Shown here: positions 1-13,617 of the stretch, piece after piece
How positions within the stretch are numbered: the stretch's first letter is position 1
Layout: every line of letters starts with the position of its first letter
NCBI GenBank assembly: GCA_951406725.2
Contig: OX597815.1
Location: 107,570,001 to 107,634,000, forward strand
DNA from: Octopus vulgaris
Taxonomy: Eukaryota
Reading direction: 5' to 3'
DNA length: 64,000 nt
Made by a program: the position numbers and the translations under genes
The notes under the pieces: generated by a model
Seen by the model: only the letters and a program-made list of their open reading frames with translations
Databases searched by the model: none
What the model was told of the DNA's origin: nothing

Positions 1-361
1 CTTGCTTATATCATACCTATTAAGTAAAGTGGAGACACCAAAAGTGCCTTTGCTCTGAGGAATTCAAAACCTGTACTATGCCACAGCATCTCAATGTAAA
101 GCAATTACACTTGAAAGCAATATATATTGAGAAGAAATATTGCTTCTGTTAACAAGAGTGTGAACAGACCAGAAGATTTCCCCCAAGGAAACTGCAAAGA
201 ACATCAACGACAACTAAAGTGAAAACCAAATCTATAACACAGAGACATGACTGCTATAACACAAGTATGCAATAGTCATTTATTAACAAACCGAAATAAG
301 TGATGAGTCTCTAAACAATGCAGAAGACAGCTCACAGAGAGATTCAAAGGAAACTTTTACT

Positions 362-793
362 ATGGCTATGTGGTAAGAAACTTGTTTCCCAACCACACTG
401 TTCTGGGTTAAGTTCCACAGCATGGCATCTTGGATAAGTGTCTTCTACTATAGCCTCAAGCTGACTAAAGCCTTGTAAGTAGATTTGGTAGACAGAAACT
501 TAAAGAAGCCTATTGTATGTGTGTGTGTGTAGTATGTGTGTGTGTGTGTGTATGTGTGCATGCATATGCATGTGTGTATGCACATGTGTGTGTCTGTTTG
601 TCCTCCACCACTGCTTGACAACCAGTATTGGTGTGTTTACATCCCTGTAACATAGTGGTTTGATCAAAGAGACCTATAGAATAAGTATCAGGCTTTAAAA
701 AAATAAATAAGTACTGGGGTCGATTCATTCAATTACATAATTCTTCAAGGCATGGCCACAGTGTAATGACTGAGACAAGGGAAAGATAAAAGA
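362..793 (+). mobile_element. tRNA-derived SINE (family A, internal microsatellite)
   Basis: A-box-like TGGCTATGTGG, body CAAGTGTCTTCTACTATAGCC-like, (TG)n middle, 3' half with AGAATAAGTA...GGGGTCGAT, ends in AAAGAT repeats; recurs many times in the window. Confidence 0.85.
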
Positions 794-1279
794 TTTACTT
801 CACCAAACCACAATAGAAACTTTCTAACTTGATGTTACTTGTGGTTGATTAAATTGCAGAACTGAAATTCCCAACTTTTGGACATTGGATGTCTTACAGT
901 ATTGTGTTGCATTTACAATTTGGCAACTGATGAGAAAACAAAGGTTGAATGAGATGAGAACATGCAGTGAAAATTCTTGCCTCCCTCTGAAGAAATATCA
1001 GCAAACTCAGGGAAAATTTTGGACAATTGAACACTATATTTAGATCCAAAGTGGATAAGGATTTCACAAATCATCAATTGATATGATATAGCAGACTATC
1101 TAAAATCTATGAATATAGTTGAAGAACTCCTAACCAGATACTTTTGCGACCGATTTTTCCCCAAGAACCTAGGGTAATCAGGTTAACTTACTTCAACATC
1201 ACATTAGCAGAAAGTTATGCATACATATGTACTCCCAAACTAGTGATAATTATATCACATTTCACCTAGAAGAACATGC

Positions 1280-1480
1280 TTGATCAATAAAAGAAATAAA
1301 GATCTTTCTAAAACATTATGTTGTAATATTATTGGAGCAATTGGCTTTGTGAGTTATAGTGTCTCTGTAGCAATCTTGAGAAGCTGGGAATCACAAAACC
1401 AGAAAGAGCATGCTGCATCAAAAGATTATGCTTACAAGCTATCAAAGGTATGTAAAACATTTGTGAATTTCAGTATGTAA
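1280..1480 (+). pseudogene. C-terminal relic of an RLE-type (R4/NeSL-like) non-LTR retrotransposon ORF
   Basis: Across frames IIGAIGFVS..NLEKLGITKPER..KVCKTFVNF, resembling the terminal segment after the restriction-like endonuclease. Confidence 0.5.
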
Positions 1481-2144
1481 TAAGCTTCACATATGCAATG
1501 AAATTCATGTTTGCACTTGTGTAAATGCACACTTACATACATACAAGCTTATGTGTATACATGCATACTTGCATGCATACAAATGTATTTGAATACAAAC
1601 ATACATATATGTACTCTGTTGATGCAGTCTAAATTCCAATGAAAGAGTCTTGATTCTAGAAACTATCTCTTTCTTCATTGATGAGAAATTTGTATCATAA
1701 AACGAAGACAGATTAGGTATATCCATTTATACAAATACAAACATTTAAATAGAAAATAAAAAGGTGCCAAATACGTTTTCTTTTAGTTAATTATGCTGAA
1801 ACTTGAATGCAATGAACTTGAAAACATTAAATATTTTATCAATATCTTTATTATTATGGCATAATTTTCCCTCTTTGATCTTAAGAAAAACATACATACA
1901 AGCTTACATACATACATACATACACACACATATATATATATACAAACATACATATGTATATATACACACATATATGTATGTATATACACATATATATATA
2001 TAGGTATATACATATATGAGAGGTATTGGTATCCAGAAGACCTAAGGTGGCAAGTAAGGCTATGTAAGTGCTATGGAAGGACCGAAGTTAAACTCTCGGT
2101 TCAATAATAATACCAGTGAGAAGTCTAATGTGGGTCTTGTATGA

Positions 2145-2337
2145 GCATCATCATCATCATCATCGTTTAACATCCGCTTTCCATGCTAGCATGGGTTGGA
2201 CGGTTCAACTGGGGTCTGGGAAGCCCGAAGGCTGCACCAGGCCAGTCAGATCTGGCAGAGTTTCTACAGCTGGATGCCCTTCCTAACGCCAACCACTCCG
2301 TGAGTGTAGTGGGTGCTTTTTATGTGCCACCGACACA
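2145..2337 (-). mobile_element. 3' end of RTE family B (5'-truncated copy or derived SINE)
   Basis: (CAT)n tail then GTTTAACATCCGCTTTCCATGCTAGCATGGGTTGGAC...CTGGATGCCCTTCCTAACGCCAACC; same as the 3' UTR at 38.7-38.87 kb. Confidence 0.85.
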
Positions 2338-2404
2338 TGTATATGTTAAATAAAATGAGACAACAAAGCCAAGGCTGTGTGGAATTTGCAGGACATTTAT
2401 AAAG

Positions 2405-2576
2405 AGGAATTTAGTCTTACAGCTGTTTTGGGGGTATTAGAGATATCTCTTCATCAGAGACAATGTGAGATGGTTACATAGAGAGAAATAGTAGAGTTAC
2501 TATTTCTCTCTATCACATCGTTTCTTATGAAGGGATATCTCTAATTCCCCAGAAACAGCTGTAAGACTAAATTCCT
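2405..2576. mobile_element. Fold-back element with a degenerate hammerhead motif in each arm (PLE pLTR derivative)
   Basis: Arms AGGAATTTAGTCTTACAGCTGTTT / AAACAGCTGTAAGACTAAATTCCT; minus arm CTGATGA...AAAACAGCTGTA, plus arm CTTATGA...GAAACAGCTGTA. Confidence 0.75.
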
Positions 2577-2731
2577 GTGTGGTAAGTAGCTTGCTTACCA
2601 ATCAGATGGTTCTGAGTTCAGTCCCACTGAGTGGCACCTTGGGCAAGTGTCTTCTACTCTAGCTTCGGGCCAACCAAAGCCTTGTGATGGATTTAGTAGA
2701 TGGAAACTGAAAGAAGCCCATCATATATACC

Positions 2732-2764
<33 letters not shown>

Positions 2765-2968
2765 CCCAACATTGCTTGACAACCGATGCTGGTGTGTTTA
2801 CGTCCCTGTAACTTAGTGGTTCAGCAAAAGAGACCGATAGAATAAGTACTAAGCCTACACAGAATAAGTCCTGGGATCGATTTGCTCAACTAAAAGCGAT
2901 GCTCCAGCATGGCCGCAGTCAAAATGACTGAAACAAGTAAAAGAATAAAAGAATATATATATACATAT

Positions 2969-3007
<39 letters not shown>

Positions 3008-3230
3008 AATGTCTGTGTCTTTGTATCTGTTTTTGTCCCACCCATCATTGGTTGGCAGCTGATGCTGGTGTGTTTACATCCCCATAACTTAGTGGTTCAG
3101 CAAAAGGAACCAATAAAATAAGCACTAGTCTTACAAAGTCCTGGGGTCAACTGATTTGAATAAAAGGCTTTTAAGGTGGGGCTCTAATGTGACTGCAGTC
3201 AAAATGACTGAAACAAATAAAAGAATAAAA
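2575..3230 (+). mobile_element. SINE family A copy plus a second 3' half
   Basis: Same body as 31748-32181; the 3' half is repeated at about 3010-3230. Confidence 0.85.
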
Positions 3231-3335
3231 CAATATATATGTATACATTATCTGAATTTTATAGTATTAAGTATTCATTACAGCTGGTCTTACCAATTGG
3301 TTTCATGCAAAAAGTACAATGGAGTGTTAGATAAA

Positions 3336-3620
3336 TGTTGTTGTTGTTCCTTCTCGAGCCATCCCGGTTTCTTGGCGTATAGGCTCCCAGCCTGGACGGG
3401 ACGCCAGTCCATCACAGGTGAGCTGCATGATGCAGGAGGAAAGAGTGAGAGAAAGTTGTGGCGAAGGAGTCAGCAGAAGTTTCGCCATTAACTTCTGACG
3501 GAGCCATGTGGAGCTTAGGTGTTTCGCTCATAAACACACACATCGTCCGGTCTGAGATTCGAACCCGCGATCCCTTGACCGTGAGTCTGCTGCTCTAACC
3601 ACTAGGCCATGTGCCTTCAC
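3336..3620 (-). mobile_element. tRNA-derived SINE (family C) with (AAC)n tail
   Basis: Minus strand GAAGGCACATGGCCTAGTGGTTAGAGC (A box)...GGTTCGAATC (B box), later CCTGTGATGGACTGGCGTCCCGTCCAGG and an AACAACAAC tail. Confidence 0.8.
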
Positions 3621-3779
3621 TGCTCTCAAATGCCAGAGGTGGATTAGCACAACCAGTTGGCATCTATTATAAAAAGGTGATGAAATGAAAAATGGTTGAG
3701 GGGACTTGCCTAGGAGTTATGTCCTTTGGTTGGGAATGCTGTGAAGCTAGCAAGAGTTATCTTGAAGTGGGCGAAAGTT

Positions 3780-4040
3780 TGTATTACAGTTGTGAGGTTT
3801 TGAGTTTGATTCCTGGACCAGACTGTGTTGTGTTCTTGAGCAAGAGACTTTATTTCACATTGCTCCAGTTCACTCAGCCGTAGAAATGAGTTGCAAAATC
3901 ACTAGTACCAAGCTGTATCAGCATTTGCCTTTCCCTTGAACAACATTGGTGGCATGGAGAGGGGAGACTCATCAGCATGGGTGACTGTTGGTCATCCATA
4001 AACAACCCAGCCCCCAGACTTGGGCCTGAGAGGGGAACAT
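3780..4040 (+). mobile_element. Degenerate CORE-type SINE
   Basis: GTGTTCTTGAGCAAGAGACTTTATTTCACATTGCTCCAGTTCACTCAGC after a B-box-like GAGTTTGATTCC; related copies near 21520-21650 and 31470-31660. Confidence 0.6.
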
Positions 4041-5507
4041 ATGATATATGTCTTCTATGCAAGCATGGATTAGATGGTTTGACAGGATCCAGTGAGCTGG
4101 ATAACTGCATCAAAATAGGGGATGCAACATCAACACAGGCGTGGCTGACAAATACAGATAAAGAACCCTTGGCTAAGTAGTATTGTAGGAGAGAGGTAGG
4201 TGACTTTATATTAAATGTTGAGAGGCTTAAGTATGATAGAGGGACAGACACAGGTGTCTTGTTATAGAGGAGATAATGGTAGCCCTGCATTATATAAGGT
4301 GGGTGAGAGTAGTTGGAAAGGGGACAGTGATTGTGGTGATGAGGTGTCAGATGACCTCTCAAGATACAAGGAAGTGAGTTGAAAAGAGTATATGGACAAA
4401 GAATTAGGAAGGGTATGTGGATAAGTTCATTAAGGTGAGAGAGGAGAGTAAGAAATTGTTAGAGATGGATGTAGAGGTGAATGTAGAGAATGAAGAAAAG
4501 ACTGAGATGTGGTCCACAATAAATATCAGTAGGGGATGGAGGAGGTGATAAGTAGCAGTAGAGGAAGGGTGTAAACCTGTAGATAAATCAGAAAATAGGG
4601 AGATGATGTTCAGGGTAGGAGAGTGGCGAGAGAGGGAGAGAGAGAGAGAGAGAGAGATGTACAATGACAGCGATGCATGTCTGAGATATGAGGGATGTCA
4701 CTATAGTGAGCAGGTTAGTGGTGGGCTGTTGACAGCAAATATGTAATGGTGATGAGAATGATAGCAGACAGAGGTGTTAACGATGAGGTATGGCAGTCAT
4801 ACGAAGTAGCTCAGAGGAGAGGAAGAGATAAATGGATGCACAAAAAGGAGTGATCACTAGAGATAAAAAAGTTTGGAATGATATTGAGAATGAAGGATGG
4901 ATTTTAAATGAAAGTGGTTCCAGAGAGAGTGAGTGAGGTAATTGGTAACATGAAGCAGGATGAAATATGTGCAGATTTTGTTGTCATATGATTATAGCAG
5001 ATCAATAGTTAGAAGAGAGGTGTTAGAAAGATGGAAGTAGGAGAAGACTTAACAGGGAAAGACGGAGTGCAGGAGTAAGGCTCTGTGAATAAATAGATAT
5101 AAATATAAATGCATTTCAGGAACTTCCTTTCATTGAAGTAGATGGGTCTTCTCCAGCAAAACAAATTGTCAATCATTTAGGTTCTTTGTCATCTCCCATG
5201 TGAGGTTTAACATCTTGTGATCAGCCTTCACTATTTTGTCCCATGTCTTCCTTGATCACATTCTTCTACAAATTCCAACAACTTCAAGCAATTGGCACTT
5301 CTTTGTACAATGGAAGTGAGAACAAAATAACTTAGTGTGCATGCAAGACAGAGTTCAAGGTCAGTGTGTACCAAGCCACTTCCCTCTGCATACTTTAGCT
5401 CTTTTATCATAGCAACAATTCTGATACTGTTTGATCAGACCTTGCACATAGACACACACAAATATACATACATCACATGCATGCATACATACATACATGT
5501 ATATATA

Positions 5508-5673
5508 TTCTTTTACACGTTTCTGTCATTTGGCTGTGGTCATGTTGGAGCACCACCTTAATGGGTTTTAGTCATAGAAATTGACCACAGGACTTATTCT
5601 TTGTAAGCCTAGTCTCTTTTGCCAAAACACTAAGTTACAGAGATGTAAAGCCACCAACATCAGTTGTCAAGTG

Positions 5674-5734
<61 letters not shown>

Positions 5735-5866
5735 CATACACGACAGGCTTTCTTTCAGTTTCCACTCACAAGGCTTTGGTTTGCCCAAAGTGCCATGCAG
5801 TGAGACTGAACCCAGAACCATGTGGTTGAGAAGCAAGTTTCTTACTACACAACCATGCCTGCACCT
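5508..5866 (-). mobile_element. SINE family A
   Basis: Reverse complement of the family A body with an internal (CA)n(TA)n tract. Confidence 0.8.
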
Positions 5867-7089
5867 ATGAAAAAAAAATTATATATATATATATATACAG
5901 ACACACACACAAACATATATACACATACATTTGTATACATATACACACATATGTACACAGACATAGACACACACACACACATACATACACAGAAGGGTAT
6001 TGATACATCTATCAATATATTGAAATGGCTTTGTCTATAAAAGTGTTTTGGCACATATTGGATTGTTAACTCTATTATCAACATCTGAAACCATATTTTC
6101 CTTAAAATAATTCAGATATACAATGCATTTATGTTATATGAAATCAAGACTTTTGAGGTAAGATGAGTTCTAATGTTTTTGTGAAAGCAATTTCAGAGAG
6201 CTTTTGTTGGACAAGGGGGCAGTTTTATTTCTTAAATGTGATTAATGGTATGTTTCTTAGCACAGGATATTGATTGTGTAGAATCTGCCTGTGTGGGCTG
6301 TGTTGTATGAATGAGTGGTGACTGAACAGAATGTGAGCTGTTGGGTATTATAGTGTTGGGTATCGATTATATCAGAGTATGTGTTGTGTTACTTTATTGG
6401 GCGTTGATTGTATAGTGTTTACTGATAATTCTGTAGAATATATCTTTTGTAAATTGCTATTTTATTGGGTGGTAATTTTATGGGATATGTGTTGTGTACC
6501 GAGGGTGTTTGGTTTAAGATGTGCTGTTAAACTGAAAGTGTTTTGCATAGGATGAAGCTGTATGAGGCAAAATGATCATTTGGACTGTGTGCAATATTAT
6601 GAGCACTGGGAATGTGACAAGTTGGCAGAGTCATTAACATCCTGCACAAAGCACTTAGTGGCATTATGTCTGTCAATATGTTCCTGGTTCAAATTCAGCT
6701 GTTGGCCCGAGGCTATAGTAAAAGACACTTGCCCAAGGTGCCATGCAGTGAGACTGAGCCCGGAACCATGTGATTGTTCATCCTTTCGGAGTTGTTAAAA
6801 TAAGTACCAGCCAAGTACTAGGGTCAATGTAAATGACCTACTCTGAACTTGCTGGCCTTGTGCCAAAATTTGAAACCAATATTACAAACACTTAAATGGT
6901 TTGGATGTTTTTGACCAAATCTATTTTTATAAAAAACCACATCTAGTGTTCTAATTATTTGTATTCATCCCTCCCATGCAAGCATGGAAGGCGGACGTTA
7001 AACGATGATGATGAAGATGATGATCCTACTTACATTAATTTCAGATGCTTTGTGTTTTGGTAAATTTTTCATCTCCTCTGGGTCACATT

Positions 7090-7850
7090 TGTCTCAAAAA
7101 GGATCGAGATATCTATCAGTGTACAGATATTTTTATACTGGTCGTCAACAATTATAGCAAGACAGATTGTTTCAATCTCCTTGTGTTGACAATCTGGACT
7201 AGAACGTCCAAGATCACTGTGACCAAATTATTGGTATGTATCATGTGCAAAGCATTTTTGTTACATGTTCCCACCAGAAATCTCCAAAAATATATAGGGA
7301 AACGGAATACATTAAGTAACTGTAGGGTATGTGAGGGCCGGAAGAAACAATTAACCACACTGTCTCTGACTGGACAGTATCAGCTAAGAGAAGGTAAATC
7401 TGTAGGCATGTCAGTGTCAGGATTATTATATACTGGAAGTTTTGCCAGTGCTATGAAATAATAACAAAAAAAAAAGTTAATATACACAATGAAAGGTTCC
7501 TGTGAATAAAAAAGTGACCATGCTCTGGAGTGTGACAATTTGCATAGACAGAGAGATGAAAGCTAGTCAGCTGGATATTGTTATCAATGATCCCCGGAAA
7601 AGAAGCATCTTCCTTATCAAAGAATCAATCACAGCAGATGATACATTTCTAAAGGAAATGGGGAAGTTAGGTATTCTATTAGCAAACAAAGACCATTTTC
7701 TAAATACAGGGAATGAATTAAAGATCTACTGCCCATACAGAAAGAGTTGGAAATCTGTCACAATAAGATCAACAAAAACCTGAACTATAAGGATATTCAT
7801 TAGTCAACTGCTTCTTTGCAGTCAGACACTGTAGCATTATATAAGACATT
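7090..7850 (+). pseudogene. Degraded RLE-type (R4/NeSL-like) LINE 3' region
   Basis: CRVC zinc-knuckle remnant, then MLWSVTICIDREMKASQLDIVINDPRKRSIFLIKES, matching the LWD..I.TDR.I.ANRPDIVI PD-(D/E)xK endonuclease pattern. Confidence 0.6.
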
Positions 7851-8829
7851 CTTGTTTCCTGGTATACACTAATTAAATACTATATTGTATATATGAGCAC
7901 CTCCCCTCAACTACATCTCTGATTAATCTCTCTTCTGTCTGATATTTTAAGCATTTCAGCCATTATTCCTCATGGACTAGGGGCTTTCTCTATCTTCATA
8001 TTCTTAATTGCTTTATCTGTCATACTGCTGTCAAGTAGAATGACTCGCCTTTCTATCAGGTTCACATTTGAAAGACTCTCTTTCCCCCATGCATTTACTA
8101 CATTTAGTAACCTTTCATCATAGCACTTCCATGATTGTTTCTTTTCAGAATCACTTAGTGCAAGTGTACCATGATTTTGTATTACTGCAAGCTTTCCAGA
8201 AATGCATTACTTCCATAACATGAGAGATTCTAAAAGTAGAGTGAAATATCAGATTTTATTGCATTATTGAATAAAAAATTAAGAAAAATGAAAACAAATA
8301 TTGAACACTGATAAGAGGAAATTTTCTCATAGTTTTAGCGACTAAGGATCTTGTTGGGTAAATCACATGAGTGTTATAATAAATATTAATATTTCAAAAA
8401 TATTCAACCACTGTATAAAAGGTGAAATGAGAAGGCAGGACATCTATGGGCTGGAAGTTGGATTGTATTGGTGAGCAAGTCAATCCAAATAGTTTTTTTG
8501 TCTGAATGAGTCTATGATGTTTACATGTGTTCAGGAGTAGCACAACCCAGCTGTAGTATTAATAAGGGTCTCATTTAAGCATTGTAGAGGGCTAGGAACT
8601 GTTGCGAGCTGAATTATTTTCTTGCTCTAAAAGGAAAGGCCAGTCTTTGTGATTCAGTTTTTCCAAAGTTATGGATGTGAGATGAGATCACCAAGTGAGA
8701 TCATCAGTGATTTTGAGGCCTAGTATTTGTAGTGAATGGGAAAGCTTTAATTATATGAAAGTTTACTCACATTTCCCTTTAGTATAATCCTAACTTTATC
8801 AATGAACTTATCATCTTTACGGGTAACTT

Positions 8830-11800
8830 TAAATTCTATTTCAAAGCTATGTCCGAAGCTACGTGTAGCGGCTTCCCTGAATAGGAACTCAGCTCTACAG
8901 GAAAGCTTCAGTCTTCGGGAAGATGGACAAATCTGGAGATTTGTCAAGACTGCTGAAACATGGAAGAGAGATACCAGCTGGTCTGAGTGCTCTCTACCCA
9001 CAATAACTAAAAAGACTACAGCAACTCAGGGAAACTAAGCTAGAACAACCTGCCATCCTCTACACACCATCATAAACTGCGAGCAGGGTACAAATTGTTG
9101 TCCTTAAATGCTCGCAGTTTATGCAACAAAATACATTTATTCAACGCCTACGTCAGAAGCATTGACCCTGACTTCATCACTGTCACGGAAACATGGGCGC
9201 ATTCCTTACTCTGTGATGGGGTTTTCAACATTACGGGGTACAACCTCTTCCGTAAGGACCGCACTAACCGCCGTGGTGGTGATGTGATGGTCTACGTTCG
9301 TTCAAATTTTTTGGTAATTCCTTGTGCCGATTTGAACGAATCACAAAGAAGAAGTTTTTTTCTGTGATGTACGTATGACCATGTCAACACTCCTGCTTGG
9401 CGTTGTTTATCATCCCCCAAATTACCATCAGGACACACAGCTTTGCGATATCCTCCGAGCTGCTGCCAGGAAAACAGCCACTTATGTGTTTATTGCAGGC
9501 GATTTCAATCATCCCGAGATCGATTGGGAAACCTTCCATTGGCCACAGAGTGCAAACGATTTTGTTGAGCTTGTGCTGGACTCAAACTGGTCACAAGTAG
9601 TCACCTCTCCAACAAGAGGTGACAACACCTTGGACCTGCTCTTCACCACAACTCCTGAAGCGGTTATCAATTGCACTACGGAGGAACCTCTGGGTGACTC
9701 TGATCATGCTATGATCATCGCCAATCTGGCTCTTGCGGGCAACAAAAACCTGAACCATCTCCAATCTGCTTCCTTCGATTGGAAGAGAGCAGATTGGAAC
9801 CTGTACCACACTGAACTACAGCACCCAAACTGGCGTGAATTCTACAACTCTGGAGATGTGAATACTATACTCCAGAGTATCCTGGACTCAATATGGGCAG
9901 CATGTGCAGCATCAGTGCCACGTAAACAAAAAAAGAAGAACCGCCCCAAAGGGCAATTTGGGAAACTTCAGCGGTCCGACTTGCCAGGAAGGAACGTCGG
10001 ACTGCTGAACGGGAATACAAGTTGCATAAATCAGACACCAACAGGAAGAAGCGGAATAAATCCTCCAACCATCTCAAGCAAGTGACAAAAAAAGCAGTGC
10101 TTGAATTTGAACAGTGCATAGCAGCCAATCCTGACAGCAAGGTTTTCTTGAAATATGTGCATTCAAAGCAGAGACCTCACTCTCCAGTGGGCCCTCTTCG
10201 CAACCCTCACACAAACCAGATCACTGACGACCCCAAGGAATGCACAGAACTCATTGCCGAGTGCTATGCAAACATATTCACTGTTGAAAGTCAAAATGTA
10301 CCATCTTCACCATCACTAACAGCAAACTCCATAACAACTATGGAATTTACACCTGCAATGCTGCAACGTCACCTTCAAAATAAGCGCAACTATGCCTCCC
10401 CTGGTCTCGATGGAGTTACATACCTGCTTCTCAAATGTGGCAGGCACTTCCTTTTACACCAGCTTTCTATTTTCTTCCAGTACTATCTCAACAATGGTGC
10501 TACTCCGGAGCAGTGGAAAACTGCCAGTGTCATTCCTCTGTTCAAAAAGGGTGACCGCACATCACCTGTCAACTATCGCCCAGTCAGTCTCACTAGCTGT
10601 ATTGCAAAACTGATGGAATCGTGTGTCAGAGAAACACTCTGGAACTTCTGGAGCTCTCACAGTCTCATCCGACCCTCACAATATGGATTTGTCCCTAACT
10701 CCAGCTGCAGTGACCAGCTTGTCGAGTTCCTTGAGGACATTACTCAGATCACTGACAGTGGCTCATGGGTGGATGTTGTCTACCTTGACTTTGCTAAGGC
10801 TTTCAACTCTGTGCCACACAAAAGGCTTATGGTGAAACTCTCTGCAATGGGTGTGGGGGATGACCTTTTTAACTGGTTGAAATCCTTCATCCTCAGCCGA
10901 AAGGAGGTAGTCACAGTTCTAGGACAGCACTCTACACCATATGAGATGTCATCGGGTGTACCACAGGGATCTGTCCTTGGTCCCCTCTTGTTTGTGGCAT
11001 ACATTAATGACATAGATGCCAATTTAAAGAATGCCACAGTATTGAAATATGCAGACGACATCAAGCTGTACCTTGAAATCAAGAGGACTGATCCTGATGT
11101 CTACAACTCTTTTCTGCAATCAGACCTAGACACAATGCAGCAATGGATCACAGACTGGCAACTGAAACTGGCTGTGGACAAGTGTACCACCATGCATTTT
11201 GGGAGAAAAAACCCTGCGTCCACATACTCCCTCCACAACACTGATATCAAGAAATCCTCTTGCGAGCGTGACCTAGGCATCACTGTCAGCAGTGATTTGC
11301 GTTGGACAAAGCATATCTCTAAAATTGTCAAGAAGGCCGAGGGTGTCTTGGCATCACTCAGCAAGACTTTTGTTAGCCGCTCTCCAGCCATCTATTTAAA
11401 ACTGTATACAGCTATGGTACGACCACACTTGGAATTCGCATCATCAGTTTGGAACCCCTATCTTGCTCAGAACATTGACCTCCTGGAATCTGTCCAGAGA
11501 CGTGCAACCAAATGCATACCCTCCATCAGACACCTACCATATTCTGAGCGCCCTGGGCATGGATTCACTGAAGCTCCGGCGTCTGGCGACGGACTTGGTA
11601 AACACCCACAAAGTTATCAACCACCTCACCAACAACAACACTGAACACCTTTTTGATCTCCATGTGTCTAACACACGTGGACATGCCTACAAAGTCAGAA
11701 AACAACACAGCTCCCATGACTTTCAGAAACATTTTTTCACGCTCAGAGTTGCTGAAGCATGGAATAAACTGCCTGCGTCAGTTGTTGACTGCCATGACAC

Positions 11801-11945
11801 TGCATCCTTTAAGGCCCTCATGCTTTCCGAAATCCGCCGAAACTACACCTGATTATATATACACTTTAGATGAGTTGTAGTGCACCTGAGCACTGTACAC
11901 AATTATTATTATTATTATTATTATTATCATTATTATTATTATTAT
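8830..11945 (+). mobile_element. CR1/L2-group LINE: probable ORF1 end, ORF2 (APE endonuclease + RT) and (ATT)n tail
   Basis: LNARSL, VTETW, AGDFNHP, LDLLFT and SDH endonuclease motifs; NYRPVSLTS, YLDFAKAF, GVPQGSVLGPLLF and YADD RT motifs; FFTLRVAEAWNKLP C-terminus; 5' limit approximate. Confidence 0.95.
9095..11852 (+). pseudogene. LINE ORF2 (AP endonuclease-reverse transcriptase) broken by about three frameshifts
   Basis: ORFs 9095-9367, 9375-10085, 10022-11644 and 11463-11852 join into one APE-RT protein. Confidence 0.92.
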
Positions 11946-13533
11946 AAAACTCTTACAGTTTTGATGATATTTATCTTTGAAACCGGCTGAAATTCCAGTG
12001 TGTTGGTTGGCAACATTTGAAATTGAGTTCACTATTTTATTGGTTTGGTGTTGTAGGATGCTATTTTACTTTGACATTTGTAACATGTGGTAAACTTAAT
12101 CTATTACCTGGTTTAACATCAAATGGCCCTTAAATGCTTTTATTGAGGGTTGTTGCTGGCCCTCTAGTTTTGCAAGCATTCACTTAAGAACTCTAGTTTG
12201 AGAGTAATAAAGAGTTGGGGCTTCTGCCCACCATGCTCCAGTCTGTGTCAGAGGCATGTAAAAATGTCACAGGTGTTGTCTTTCTTCCTCAAAGACAAAT
12301 GGAAAATGAGCCCCACCACCAACAGATGAAACAACATGCAAACACAGTATAATCACTGACTTCTAATGACTGTAAGGAAGTTAAAAGGTCAAGGCTTTTC
12401 CTTATGAATGTCTTCTTGTGGTTTTTTCTTTTAGGTTGATGTTGCAGTAGAATGGGAGTATTAGGAGCAAGCATTGTGAGTTATGTTGTTTCACTCGATA
12501 CTGTATCAAGCATTTCCTTATACTACAACATGGCTTGTGTTATAAGATAATTTAAAATTACTAGAAATTCTCACTTCTATGTGTTTATCAGATTAATTAC
12601 GTCAATATAGTGCTACATTTTGTTTCACACATAATTTGTTACTGTAAGATCAAAGACGGCAAACATAGTCAAGTTTTATTGTCAACCGATGGTCTTGAAT
12701 GAGTGAAGAATTTTTTTCCTTGCCTGGCTAAGATCTGGATCTCATTAGTAATAGATTTTCATAAAATGCGATTATACTGACGCTGTAAAGAAAATAAAAT
12801 AAAAAATATAATATCAATAAAAAATTGCTACCAGAGTTAGAGGAAACGAGCAAAGGTCTGCTTCAGCTCACTTACATGTATTCCACTCCAAAAGCAAATT
12901 TAAACAGAAGTTCCTTCAGGCAACTGCTATTAATTTTCAGGCAACTGTCAACTACAGACAGTCGTGATATTAATGGAAGTGTTTGAGATTAAGATGAATC
13001 AGTGCTGCCTATTGATGAATTGTGCACTCACTAAGAAGATTTCTGTACTCACAAAGATTCTGAATATTTTAGATGGCAATTATAACTTTTATAGTTTAAT
13101 ATTTAAGTATTTGTAGGAGTAACCCATTAGCAACAGTTTGTTGTTCGAACTTTAGAAAACATGTCAACTACATTTTAGAGAAGCCAACATCACAGTCTCT
13201 ATAAAGTTGCATGACCAGCCTGAAATAACAGCCAAATTTCCCTCGAATCATTACCCTGTTTAATATTTTAGATTTAACTTGTTTCAGTTGTTGGACTGTG
13301 GCAAAGATGCTGGGATACTGCCTTGAAGGTTGTTTTTTTGTCAAATAAATTAACCCTAGTATTTATTTTAAAGTTTGGTAATTATTCTGTCAGTTTTATT
13401 TACCAAATTGCTATGTTACAGAGATGTAAACAAGCTAATAACAGTGCCAAAGTAGTGGTGGTAGTGAGGAAGATAAACTAAACACAAAGACACACACACA
13501 CACGCATCTATCTGTCTGTCTGTCTGTTTATCT

Positions 13534-13572
<39 letters not shown>

Positions 13573-13617
13573 TATATGAAAGAAGGTTTGAAAATGTAAT
13601 TTTAAAGATGTTTATTC

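Noticed and set aside
1371-1453. Apparent exon with AG acceptor and GTATGT donor
   Set aside because: The peptide and its flanks fit the C-terminus of an RLE-type LINE better
6180-6570. Possible very old PLE fragment on the minus strand (SYS and NCPL-like remnants)
   Set aside because: Too degraded to support without an alignment search
12941-12986. Possible terminal exon (ttttcag|G QLSTTDSRDINGSV stop)
   Set aside because: Short, no recognisable homology and no partner exons
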